The notes under the pieces are model-generated. The model made no database searches and was not told the DNA's origin. It saw only the letters and a program-made list of their open reading frames with translations. Positions 51,543 to 64,000 of a stretch of DNA of 64,000 nucleotides are shown in pieces (position 1 is the stretch's first letter; every line of letters starts with the position of its first letter). This DNA comes from Phaeosaccion multiseriatum (taxonomy: Eukaryota > Protista > Ochrophyta, other classes), in the NCBI GenBank assembly GCA_965112735.1, contig OZ218950.1, positions 6,758,001 through 6,822,000 on the forward strand. Reading direction: 5' to 3'. The translations under genes and the position numbers were made by a program.

Positions 51543-54500
51543 CCTTCCGACGAGGCGCTCACACATATGTTTGCGTGTGTTTGCATAGAGGACGAGGGAA
51601 GGAGTGAGGGAGTCTTCCGCTTCAATCATAGGGGAGGGAGGGGGAGTCTTATCGCTTCGATCATCAAGTGCGTGTCGGCAGTGATGCATTCCCATGCAGT
51701 TCCAGCCAGTGATTGACCTGTGACATTCACTGACTTATGACTCAGTCGTGTGTACTGATGAGACACCGCCCCGACTCTGCCTCTGCTCTCCACTCTTTGG
51801 GCCTGCGCTCCTTGCTGTTACTTTCAGGTGCTCATGTTGGCCACCAACAGCCTCAAGGTTGACCTCAACTCGGACAACAAATTCGTGGTAAGTGCATATG
51901 CATATGCGTGCATATGCATATGCGTGCGTGTGTGTATGCGCGCGTGTGTGCAGCATTGCCGTCATGTCATGTTCACTCCCTACTCCGCTGCTGCTGCTGT
52001 GCTGGAGCTGTGGGCATCATCACAAGCTCTTGACTGACTCAGGACGGAGGAAGGAAAGAAGGAGGGAGGGAAGGAAGGAAGGATGGGATGCTCACTCACT
52101 CACTCACTCACTCACGCACCCATTCACTCCCTCCCTCCCTCCCCCCACCCTCCTCTCTCCTCCCCTCCCCTCCCTCCCTTCCCCCCAGGTGGGTATGTCC
52201 CTGGCGGCCATCGGAAACCTGGCCACACCCGACATGGCCCGAGACCTTGCCAGTGAGGTGGACAAACACCTCAAGGGGAAGCTTCCATATCTCAGGAAGA
52301 AGGCCGCCCTCACCACAATGCGGGTACTGCGCAAGTGGTAAGTCATGGAATAGAGGGTCACTTCGTTTTAAGGAAGGATCAAATATATGTATGTGTATGT
52401 ATGTATATGTATATATACGATAATATATACGATAGGGGGATGGAGGGTCATTTGAGAGGCATACGGGTCATTCAAACGGGTATAGAGAGGAGCATATGGG
52501 TCGTATCGAAGGGCTCAAAGGTCAGCTGAATAGTCCCTGTTGCGTAACCTTGCCTACACTTCCTGCATGCCCCTCCTTCCCCTCCTTCCCTCCCTCCCTT
52601 CCTCCCTCCCTCCCTCCCTCCCTCCCTCCCTCCTTCCTTCCCTTCCTCTCTCCCCTCTCCCTTCCCCCAGCCCTGAGCTGATCGACGACTTTGTAGAGCG
52701 AGTGGGATCCCTTCTCAAGGACCGCAGCCACGGAGTGCTCCTGTCGGGCCTGCGCCTCATGATCACAGTCATTGAGCTCGAAGCCGAGCAGGCACAGGCC
52801 TTTGCGCACCTCGTGCCCAGTCTTGTGCGCATGCTCAAGCACCTTCTCACCTCGGTACGGAAACACAACAGGGGGGGGAAGGGAGGGGGCAGCGGCACCG
52901 GGCACGCGCCTCTCTCACTCTGTCTCACTCTGTCTCTCTCTCTTAGTTTGAGTTTATGTGTGTGTGTGTCCCCGTCTCTCAATCTGTCTCACTGTCTTTG
53001 TGCTGATCTCCCTCTCTGTCTCTGTGTCCCCTTCTCTCTGTCTCACGTCTCTCTTTCTCTCTGCCCCCCTCCCCCTCCCTTACTATTTATATACTACATC
53101 TATACATATCAGGGCTACACGGCAGAACACGATGTGGCGGGCATCACCGACCCTTTTGTGCAGGTTTCCCTCCTCCGTCTGCTGCGCCTCTTCGGTCTGC
53201 ACACAGATGGGGCGAGTGAGCAGATGAATGACATCCTCGCACAAGTGGCCACCACCACGGAATCGGCAAAAAATGCAGGCAACTCCGTCTTGTACGAGTG
53301 TGTGAGGGTGAGTGAGTGGGTGAGGGAATGAGTGGGTGAGGAAGGGAGTGGGTGGGTGGTTGAGTGAGTGTGTGAGGGTGAGTGAGTGCGTGAGGGAGTG
53401 AGTGGGTGAGGAAGGGAGTGGGTGGTTGGGTGGGTGGGTGAGGGAGTGAAGGAGTGAGGGAGGGGAGGAGGTGAAAGCGCGGCGTAGGCGAAGACCAAGT
53501 TGAGCGTCTATATCCTGCTGCTGCCCATAAACTGCTGCGTCTGTCTTATCCTAGGACCTCCCGGTCTTCCTTCCAAGCCACTCTCGCTCACTCATTCACC
53601 CACTCACTCACTCTCTCCTCCTCCTCGCCCCCCCCCTCCCCCTCCTCTTCTTCCTCCTCCTCCTCCTCCTCCTCCCCCCTCTCTCGCTCCTCCTCCTCCT
53701 CCTCCTCCTCCTCCTCCTCTCCAACCTGCAGACCATCATGAGCGTGGAGAGCGAGCAGGGCCTGCGGCTCATGGCGGTCAACATCTTGGGCCGCTTCCTC
53801 CTCAATAGGGACAATAACATGCGCTATGTCGCACTCAACACGCTCTCACAGGTTAGTGGGAAGAGAGAAGAGGAGGGAGAGGGAGAGGGAGGGACAGGGA
53901 TATCGATCGATGGGAGTCAACAAACTGAAACTGACGAAACGCTCACTCTCTGTAACTGTCACTGTCACTAAAGGTGATTCAATTTGACGTTGCGAGCGTG
54001 GCGAGGCACCGGAGCACCATTGTGGACTGCCTCAAGGACCCTGACGTCAGCATCAGGTACGTTAAGCTTCCATAAGGAGATGCTTAGTTACCATTACAGT
54101 TTGTTGGGCCCTTAGACCACCCCACACAACACCACCAAACAGCAAACGATGGTCCATCAGGTGTTTTTGGATGGTTGTTCTTGTACCGCTGTGTATGTTG
54201 TCCACCCATTTCCTCCTCCTCCTCCTCCTCCTCCTCCTCCTCCCCCTCCTCGTCGTCTTCCTCCCTCTCCTGTATCACCAACAGGTCTAGAGCCACTCAC
54301 CTCATCTTTGAGCTCATCAACGAGAGCAACGTGGCGTCTCTGGTGCTCGAGGTAAGGGAGGGCGAAAGGGGCAGAAAGAAGTGAACAATGGATACATTCA
54401 GGAAAGAGTCAGGAAGAGAAAGCGGCAGAAGAAGAGGCAGAAGCAGAAACCAAAGCAGAGAGACTAGACAGTAAGAGCGAAAGCGGCAGAAGCAGAAGCA

Positions 54501-56790
54501 GAAGCAGAGACACTACACATTCAAGGAATGGGCAAGTAAGTAAGGAAAGGCGCAGACGCAGAAGTAGAGGGCACTCACTAGACAGTCAAAGGAGAGAGAT
54601 TGGATGCTCTGTGTTTGTGTCCTTACTCCGAATCCCCTTTCCCTCCTGTCCGCTTCTGCCGCTCCTTCTCACCCCTCCCCCCCTCTCTCCCTCCCCCCCC
54701 CCCCCCCTCCCCTCTCCCCCTGTCCCGGCTCCCTCCCTCCCCCTTGCTTTCTTCAGCTGCTCAACTACCTCCCTATAGCTCAAGTGGAGCAGCGACGTGA
54801 GCTGTGCAGTAACATCCTCACTGTCGTGCAGAAGCACTCACTCAGTCCCCGCTGGAGGTGAGAGGGTATTCTCTTTATTATATGATATTACTACGTATAC
54901 GAAGTACTTTGTAGTATATTATATTAATACGTGTGTATGAGGTGGCCACTGGAAGGATAGTCGATATCGATATTTATTCGATATCCTATGTAAATGTAGC
55001 TCTCTTCATCTGCACGTTGGGCAGGGTCTAAACTGTCTTGGGTCCTTTGTTCTGTTCGCGTGCCCTCATCCGATATTCTCCTCCTCCTCCTCCTCCTCCT
55101 CCTCCTCCCTCCGCCCCCCCTTCTCCTCCTCCCCTCCTCCGCCTCCCCCCCCTTCTCCTCCTCCTCCTCCTCCTCCTCCTCCTCCTCCTCCTCCTCCCCC
55201 CTTCCTCAGGATCGACACTCTCCTGAACATGCTAAGCCTGGCCAGTGACCAATGCGACGAGGGAGTCGCCGCAGCCACCATCATCTACGTCACGCAAGCC
55301 TCTGATCTGCACGCATATGCCGTGCACAAGACCATGCGCCTCCTCGAGGTAAAGCACTTGCAATTGGGCATCTAATTGGGTATCTCTATGGGCATATCAT
55401 TTCGCACTGGGGGGGGGGGTTCAGGACAGGACAGATGTGTCAGGACAGGGGTGTCAGGACAGGGGTGTCAGGACAGGGGTATCAGGACCGGGGTGTCAGG
55501 ACAGGGGTGTCAGGACAGGGGTGTCAGGACAGGGGTGTCAGGACAGGGGTGTCAGGACAGGGGTGTCAGGACAGGGGTGTCAGGACAGGGGGTATCAGGA
55601 CAGGGGTGTCAGGACAGAGGGTGTCAGTGTAGGATGGGCGTGCCTGGCCTGTATCGACCTAACCCCCTCCCTCCCTCCCTCTCTCCCTCCCTTCCTTCCT
55701 TCCTTCCGTCCTTCCTTCTTCCCCCCCCCAGGCCGACGCTACTCACCGCTCCTTGGCCACTGTGGCTACTTGGTGCATTGGCGAGTACGGAGAGCTGCTG
55801 CTCGTGGCATGTCCGCCCCCAAAGGACAAGGGAGGCTCCCTCGGAGGTGAGTGAGGGCGCCGTCAGGTGCCATCCTCAGGCTTAGTTAGGCTTACGTGGG
55901 CTCACGTAGGCTTAAGTTGGACGAGAAGAAAGGGGGGGGGGAGGGGAAGTATTGAGATGACCGTGCTTCTCTTCTTATCAATCGACCAAGAGAGAAAGAG
56001 AAGAGTGGGGGGGGCTTTTGAAGTATGAGAGAAGATGGCAGTGGAAGGGAGTAAATGAAGGGATGGGAGAAGTACATCGACTCATGGGAATCAACCTAAG
56101 AATTACGTAATCAGGCTAGGAGAGAGAGTCGTTTGGAAGAGTGGGCCCTGTGCTGCCCTCCCGGGTCCTGAACAAGTGTGTTCTTGTTCTGTCTCGTGCT
56201 GAAGAAGTGTGTTCTTGTTCTGTCTCGTGCTGAAGAAGTGTGTTCTTTTTCTGTCTCGTGCTGAAGAAGTGTGTTCTTTTTCTGTCTCGTGCTGAAGAAG
56301 TGTGTTCTTTTTCTGTCTCGTGCTGAAGAAGTGTGTTCTTGTTCTGTCTCGTGTACTTCTTGCCCCCATCGCTCACTCCTCCTCACTCCTCCTCCTCCTC
56401 GTCCCCCCCCCCCCCCGGCCTCGCTCACAGCCGAGGAGAGCGCAAATGGCGACAACCACACGGACAAGGGCCAAGACAACAACAGCAACAGCAACAACAG
56501 CAAGGGATTCGAAGGCTTCGAAGGCTTGCCAGGGGGGCCCGGCTCAGGCTCGGATGGGTACCCCCCCGTGACCTCAGTGGAGGTTATTGACTTATTGGAG
56601 AAGGTGCTCCTGAGCATTCATGCCCTGCCTGTGGTCAAGGGGTATGTGCTCACAGCGCTCACGAAGCTTGCGCCCAAGATCAGCGCCGAGGGAGGCGTTG
56701 TGGCACAGAGGATGGAGGGTGAGTAGTTGGGAGTAGTTGGGACTAGTTGGGGTTGGTAGCCATGCACTCATCTGTCTGTCTGTCTGTCTT

Positions 56791-56824
<34 letters not shown>

Positions 56825-58560
56825 CATATGTCTATGCATGTACCTACCTACCTATCTATCTATGTATCTATGTATCTATCCATGTATGCTTATTCGAATC
56901 CCCCTCTTCTGGATTCTTGCTGATGCTGATGCTGCTGCTGCTGTTGTTGTTTTTGTTGTTGTTGTTGTTGTTGTTGTTATTGTCCTTCTGCTTCTGAATC
57001 ATCCACTGCTGCTGCTGTATCACCAACTGCTGTGGTGTATGACCAACAGGTCTAGTGGGTCTGTTCAGGGGATCCATCCAGCTGGAACTGCAATCCCGCT
57101 CGTGCGAGTACTCGCTACTGCTCAAGACTCACAAGGGGGATGTTAGCGCGCAGGTAGGTACAGAGGAGGAGAAGCGGGAGAAGGAGGAGGAGGTGGTGGT
57201 GGAGGAGGAGGAGGAGGAGGAGGAGGAGGAGGGGGGAGGGGAGGGAAGGGGAGGGGAGGGGGAGGGGAGGGGAGGGGAGAAGGAGAAGGAGGAGGAGGTG
57301 CATCACCCCCTCTCTGACACCAAATGTAGCCTCCCTCACCCCCCTCTAACCCTCTGCTACCCACTCACCCTCTCTCCCACCCACCCGTCCACTCTTCTCT
57401 CCTTCCCATTGACTTACTCCCCCCCCCCCCCTCTGTCCTGACACCAGGTGCTGGACAAGATGCCCGTGCTTGAGGAGTCAGCGATGGCGCTCAAGGCGGC
57501 GAGAAGGGCGAGGAGTCAGGACAAGCGGAATGGGGGGGAGGATCATGATGGTGATGATGATGATGATGACAATGAGGATGACAATGAGGATGGCTATGGC
57601 CACGGGAAGCGGAAAGGAAGAGGTGCGGGGGGAGGAGGAGGAGGAGGGGGGCTTGGGCTTGAGCCACCAACAGGAGGGGGAGGGGGAGGGAGCTATGATC
57701 TCTTCGGAGGCGTAGCAGGAGGAGGCGTTGGAGCATCAGGGGCAGGAGCAGGGGCAGCGCCGTTAGGGGGGGGTGCTGACTTGCTCGATCTGGACGACCT
57801 CTTCGGAGGGGGAGGGGGAGGGGGGGGCGGAGAGGGGGGGCTCCCTGCGGCACTAGCGCCGTCTGCTGCCGTCGATATCTTTGGTGGAGACCTCCTGGGA
57901 GGGCTTGGCGGAGGTGCAGCAGCGTTGGGGGGAGGGGGAGGGGGAGGGGGAGGGGGAGGGGGAGGGGAGTTGGCCGCTCTAGCTACCCCACCGGGTGTTG
58001 TGGAGACGGGGGGCTTGCTGGGAATGGAACAAGTTGTACCACAAGCAACGCCATTGGGAGGAGGAGGAGGAGGAGGAGGAGGAGGAGGAGGAGGAGGAGG
58101 AGGAGGAGGAGGAGGAGGAGGAGGAGGGGGCTTAGAAGGGATGGGTGGGTTGCCTGTTGCCTACCCGCCTTTCACTGCTCTCGACAAGGACGGGCTTGTG
58201 GTAACGTTCCACCCAATCCGAGCGGTTCCCATCAGTGGCAGCAGCGAGGGCAGCAGCAGCGAGGGCAGCAGCAGCGAGGTGAAGGTGGTGTTTAGCAATA
58301 CGAGCGCACATGATTTGACGGCGCTCCACTTTCAGGCGGCGGTACCCAAGTATGTCCAGCTGGACATGCTGCCGGCGAGCGGGACGGTAGTGGGGGCCAA
58401 CGGTGGGGGCCAAGTGACACAGGTGGTGAGGTTGCAGAACAGTTGCCGGGGGAGCAAACCGGTGCTTATGAAGCTCAAGATTGATTACAGAAGGGGGAGT
58501 GGGGAGGGGGAGGCGGTTTCGGAACAAGTTCAGGTGTCGAGCTTTCCTCCGGATTGGTGA
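50530..58560 (+). CDS. AP1G1: AP-1 complex gamma-adaptin, multi-exon
   Basis: '[19 protein letters not shown]', '[19 protein letters not shown]', '[14 protein letters not shown]', '[15 protein letters not shown]', and ear domain '[11 protein letters not shown]'. Confidence 0.96.
55425..55626. repeat. Intronic minisatellite, 14-bp unit CAGGACAGGGGTGT, ~14 copies
   Basis: Visible tandem array. Confidence 0.95.
56170..56352. repeat. Intronic minisatellite, 31-bp unit (AAGTGTGTTCTT[G/T]TTCTGTCTCGTGCTGAAG), ~6 copies
   Basis: Head-to-tail copies with no spacers. Confidence 0.95.
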
Positions 58561-58906
58561 CGCGGACGGCAGGAGGGGAGAGAGGATTGAAGCCGTCTGT
58601 CTATACATCTATACACGAGTGGGCACTGCTGTCTCGAGCCATGCATACACGAGTGGGCATTTCTGCCTGTAGGATGCAGAAATGTGGCGTGTGTGTGTGT
58701 GGAGGAGCGGCAGTAGCAGCAACAGCAGTAGGGCATCTCGCTCTTCGAGGATGGGAGGAAGTTGATGATGGACAATACATGGACGAGTAAAGGCCCGACT
58801 GAGCTGCCTTACCTCGCATCTTTCTTAAATGTCTTCTTCTCTCCTCTACTTGCCTGTTTTCATTCCTATTTGGGGGAAACGAATGGAGGAAAGGGCCAAC
58901 AGAAGG

Positions 58907-58944
<38 letters not shown>

Positions 58945-59925
58945 GGACTGAATGACTCACCTTCCTCAGCCTATGCATAATGCTGTTGAGTCACGATCAG
59001 CGGACTCGCTCAGACAGAGGCGAGGGTGGCATCCGCGCCGCCCCCGTTGGTGATATTCTACTTCCAAACGTCGCCAGCAGCGGAGAGATGAGGAAAAAAG
59101 CGTGGAAACTTACGTAACCTTACGTCTCCTCTCCCTGACTCTTCGCCTCTCCCCCTCTTCTATGGAGATGATCCAATTGCCGGAGAGGTGTTTGTGTGCA
59201 AATGTCCTGATTGGGATTGGTGTGGACTTCATGAGTAGTCAGTAGTCGCGGGCAGCCCGGCTGGCCACGATGAAAGCAAGCTTTGGCTTAGGTGAGGAGA
59301 ACATGAAGGGAGGGCGGAGGGCAAGGGGAAGGGGAGAGAGATGTAAGAGAAGAATGAGCAGCAGCATTTGACGACTTACCTTCTCCCATTGCGAGTGCTA
59401 CTCTTATGGTGTGAGCGGAGTGGAGGCATCTGGAGGACTGCTAAAGAAGAGAGAGACAAAGAGAGGGGTGGGAGAGGGAGAGAGCGGGGCGAGAGGGACG
59501 GAGGAAGCGAGAAATGGGAAAGAGGGAGAAAGATAGACACATATACACACACACACAGAGAGAGAGAGAGGACGGGGCGTGAGCTGATGAGGGCACCTTC
59601 TTATGGAGCTGTGTGCGCCAGGAGAAGTCGCAGCGTCAAAGGGATAATTGCCCAAAAAGGGTGTTACTGGGGTGGTCAACCTCTCATCACTGCATCTCCC
59701 CGTCTGATCAGCCCCCCCCCCCCCCCTCTCTCTCTCTCTCTTTACCCCTCTCTCTGTTCCGTGTATGTGTGTTCCGTGCATGTCCTCCTTCCCTATCTGT
59801 ACTCCTGTCCTCTCGATGCCTCAGGTCCAATAGGGCCCAGCAGAAGCACTGACAGCAGCAGCAGCAACAGCAGTGACAGTTGCAGAGCCGCTGCACATAA
59901 CAAGTGCCCTTTGCAAACATTGCAC

Positions 59926-59950
59926 ATGGCCCGCAACCCAGCCGCGACAC

Positions 59951-59999
<49 letters not shown>

Positions 60000-62811
60000 G
60001 AGAGGCTGCTGTACTACAGGCCACACGGAGGGATGGAGTCAGTACCGCCGTTGCGGTGGGAACGCGAGCAAAGAGTGCGAAAGCAATACTGCTACCGACC
60101 ATCGGCGTAGGAGGCGAAAGCGTGTGGACGGAAGCGGTGGTGGTAGCAGCAGCAGAAGCAGCAGGAGCAGCATTAGCAGCAGCTGTAGAGGCGGCTTTGG
60201 ACTGGCGTGGGCAGTGGGGGTGTTACTGTGCGTGGGGAGCGGGAGCCCCTCGGCGGATGGCTTCATGCAGCAAGGACTGGCGCGCAGTGGGACGGGAAGT
60301 AGTGTTAGCTTCTACTCGGTAGAGCAACAGCATAGAAGTAGTGTTAGCTTGTACTCGGTAGAGCAACAGCATCGAAAGGCGTGTACGATAGGGAGGCAGC
60401 CAAGGTGGACGGAGCAACCTGCCGTGCGCTGTGGTATGAGGAGAGGGGGGCTGGGGACGCAAGCAATGGCAGCAGCGGCGCGAGGACAGGAGGGGGAGGG
60501 CACAGATCACCAACGTGCACAGGACGACGGGAGATGGGGAGCGGGTGGGGGACAGCCACCCCGCCCGTTCTCAGGGGTGGCACCCGTGGATAGAATAGAG
60601 CATAGGGGGGGAGCGACGAGACTGAGAGGAGCAGCGGCAGGAGGGGGGGGGCGGCTGGGCAGTGCCAGTCCAACCAAAGCCGCGGGAGGAAGTGCCGCCG
60701 GAAGGGCGGCCACAGCAGCGGCCGCAGCGGGTGGTGGTGCTGTGGGCGGCAGCGGACCCAGCGGCAGTAGCAGCGGCAGCGCCAGTAGCGGCGGGGGGGG
60801 CTTTACGGGTGTCAGTGGTAGAGGTATGAGGGTGGTTGTTCAAGCGGTAACGGCTGCTGCTGCCGGCGATGGTGGTGATGGGAGCAGCAGCGCCGTCACC
60901 CGACCAAGACCAGGTGTGCGGCGAGCCGTGGGCCGTCCTAGGAAGATTGACAATAGGCCACCAGTTGGGCGACCCAGGGGAAGGCCCCCATCAGCGGGGC
61001 GGTCTGCAGCGGCGTCGAATAGAGCGGGAAAGAAGACGACGGCGTCTTCGACATCTGTGGGCAGGGGTAGGCCAAGGGGCGGGCCCAGGGGGGCAGCGGG
61101 GTCTTCCAGATTGCTTGCGGCTGGGGGTGGAACCCTTTTGGGGACAGGGGGAGGGGGAGTGGATGGGGGGCAGGGGGGCGCTCCGGTGGCAGGAGCGGTG
61201 GTGAGGAGGGGGAGGGGAAGGCCGCCGGGCAGCAAGAACCGAGGAAGAGCGGCTTCTTCACCCTCCCGCTTGGCTGAAAAGACGGCATTTGGGGGGGGGC
61301 TCAGTGTCAACGTCATGGGGAGGATCGACGACACATCAGTAGCAGCAGCAGCAGCAGCAGCAGCAGCCGGAGGAGGAAGAGGTGCTCTGGGTGAAGAGGG
61401 TTGGGGTGCTGGGGGTGGGGCTAGTCTGACAGCGCCTGCAAAGAGAGCAAAGAGAGCTCGCGGACGACCAAGAAAGAACGCGCTCACCTCCTCCTCCTCA
61501 CCAAGGTCTGTGGTGGGTTTCAATGGTTTGTCGGTGGTAGGGTTGGACGCTTTGCCTCCGAAAGTCGTGACGCCCCGCGACAAGGCCGATAGATCCGACA
61601 TCTCGCTGGGCAAGTGGGTGTCCAAGGACAAGGCGAGGCAGGGCCAGGGGCAAGCGGGAGGGAGGGAAGAGGGGCCGGTGCGGAGGACCCGGGCAGAGGC
61701 GTATGAGATGGAGCAGTCATTCAACTTCTTGAAGACCAAGAAGGGCGCCCCTAACGCGGGGCAGACCTCGAGCAACTTTGAGTATTTCAATGCGCTCAAG
61801 CATGACTGCCACCGCCTGCTGGTCAAGGAGGAGGAGTTCTTGTTGGGTGGTTATATTCAGCAGTTTATGTGGAGCGAGCAGAGGAGGAACAATATGACGG
61901 TGGCCATGGGGAGGGAGCCCACACACGAGGAGCTGGCTACGGACCTTAGCTTGGAGCCAGGGGCCCTGGCCAGCGAGATACGCAAGGGCAAGAATGCGAG
62001 AGAGCTTCTCGTGGCCTCGAATCTCCGCCTCGTCGTGTCCATCGCTCGGAGATATCGCTTCCACGGGGCGGCGTTGGAGGACTTGATTCAGGACGGGACA
62101 ATGGGTTTGATCCGGGCGGCAGAGAAGTACGACCCGACTCGAGGCTTTCGGTTCAGTACCTATGCCACGTGGTGGATCCGGCAGAGAGTGCAAATGTCGG
62201 TGAAAAAGCAACGCCTCGTCAAGCTTCCCATTCGTATGCAGGACCAGTCGGAGAAGATTCGGCGGACGGGCTTGCTCGTGTGTAACGTCACGGGGGAGTA
62301 TATAAGCATGGAGGAGGTGGCCGAAAGGCTCAACATCACCACGGCGAGGGTGCAGGAGGTGAAGTTAAAGATGAGGCCGCATTTCTCGCTGGACTTCCCC
62401 AATCGGTCGGGTGGCATGCAGAAGGTGGCGGACAATGCCGCTGACGGGAGCCAGTCGACGGTGGGAGACAACTTGTCTTCAAGGAGTGCGTTGGCGGACG
62501 TCGGTATTGACTACTCGCTCCTACGGTCTCAGCTGGAGTGTTGCATGCACGTGGAGCTCAGTCAGCTCGAGAGAGACATCGTACGGATGCGCATTGGTTT
62601 GGACGATGGGCGAGCAAAGACTGCCAAGGAGCTGGCGGATGTGTTTCAGATGCCGGCGAGGGTGATTCTTCGGGAGGAGAAGGCGGCGATATCCAAGCTG
62701 CGGGAGTCGCACGCCACCTTCGGGTTGAAGAGAGACTACTTTCAGAAGATTGGGATGCCGCAGCAAGAGTGGCCAACCTTCGCCGGACTACGGCCTGAGA
62801 AGGCTGCCTGA
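59926..62811 (+). CDS. Nuclear-encoded RNA polymerase sigma-70 factor (probably plastid) with N-terminal AT-hook motifs; possible extra 5' exon 59270-59291 spliced to 59825
   Basis: Region 1.2 'LLVKEEEFLLG', region 2 'NLRLVVSIARRY...EDLIQDGTMGLIRAAEKYDPTRGFRFSTYATWWIRQ', region 4 'LERDIVRMRIGLDDG'. Hydrophobic stretch followed by 'ADG|F' resembles a bipartite leader. Start codon uncertain. Confidence 0.9.
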
Positions 62812-63004
62812 GAAGGCGGGGGCGACCACTCTTATATAAATATATATATACACACATAAATAGAGAGCTCTCATTTTCTTTTCTTCCTCCCACTTCCCAC
62901 TTCCCTCCCTTACTTCCTCCGTCCTCCCACCTTCTAGTGTACAAAAACGCAAGGGGATTGACTTTACAGGAATCACCTTATAAATATATGGAAGGGAGTG
63001 AGGG

Positions 63005-63518
<514 letters not shown>

Positions 63519-63688
63519 GGGGGGGGGGGAAACAAAACTAAAATTCAAACGCGAGCGAAACGGATTTATGAAAGAGGGAAAAATCCGTCACATAAATAAG
63601 CATAGCAGTAGCAGCAGGACGGATGGGTGTAGACGAGGCTGAGAGGGGGGGAGGGGAAAGGGACTCCCTTCTTGGCGGGAGTAGGGTG

Positions 63689-63952
63689 ATGGAGGAGCAG
63701 CAGCAGGCGCCCTTGGCAAGTGACCCCCTGGTGCACAAGAGACAACATCCCCCACAAGTCCCCACGGCAACGCCGAGCATCATAAAGCCCGGGCGAGACG
63801 ACGGGCCACCTGGAAAAAAGGGCGTGGGTGGCTATAGAGCAGCTCTGGGTGCCGCTTACATGCTCGCCATGGGCGTGTGCGGTATTGTTCTCGTCGCTCT
63901 GGGCAGCACTCTGGAGGACCTTGCTGAGAATTGCGGCAAGACTTCCACTGAG
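63689..63952 (+). CDS. First exon of a probable MFS transporter (MFSD4/FucP-like); continues off the window
   Basis: 'LGAAYMLAMGVCGIVLVALGSTLEDLAENCG' resembles MFS TM1 followed by the G(P/S)TLxDLA motif. Ends at putative GC donor GAG|GCAAGT. Confidence 0.6.
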
Positions 63953-64000
63953 GCAAGTGGGCTAGCAAGTCAAGTCCTTTGCGCTCATACCGCTCCGTTC

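Noticed and set aside
56170-56352. 31-bp repeats as a CRISPR array
   Set aside because: Head-to-tail copies without unique spacers, inside a eukaryotic intron, and no cas genes.
61770-62811. Sigma factor as bacterial contamination or recent HGT
   Set aside because: Nuclear-encoded plastid sigmas are expected in algae, and this one is embedded in host-style microsatellite sequence.
139-62811. Functional cluster of transcription genes (MYBBP1A, SPT16, TFIIE, MYB, sigma)
   Set aside because: They are interspersed with unrelated genes and show no evidence of co-regulation.

Overview
Gene-dense, GC-rich, intron-rich eukaryotic nuclear DNA, most likely from a flagellated photosynthetic stramenopile (ochrophyte). 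This is inferred from GT-AG introns, signal-peptide+Phe plastid-targeting leaders, a nuclear sigma-70 factor and the axonemal gene SPAG6/PF16. About 15 genes are present: MYBBP1A/Pol5 (partial), a TBC-like protein, MAEA/Gid9, SPT16, a ParA/Soj-type ATPase, an unknown protein, a plastid alpha/beta hydrolase, a secreted Cys-rich protein, TFIIE-alpha, an R2R3-MYB, pyroglutamyl peptidase I, SPAG6, AP-1 gamma, sigma-70 and an MFS transporter (partial). Micro- and minisatellites are abundant. Top leads: (1) a sigma-70 factor carrying about five AT-hooks and a degenerate -35 recognition helix; (2) a bacterial-type ParA/Soj ATPase embedded in a spliced nuclear gene with NLS-like motifs; (3) an accessory island at 30.4-33.1 kb, with a long hairpin and a direct-repeat-flanked intronless toxin/defensin-like precursor; (4) polarised, mutually complementary repeats at the two ends of many introns; (5) a non-LTR retrotransposon 3' end joined to a (CA)n tract. 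Exon boundaries were inferred by eye; no database searches were run.
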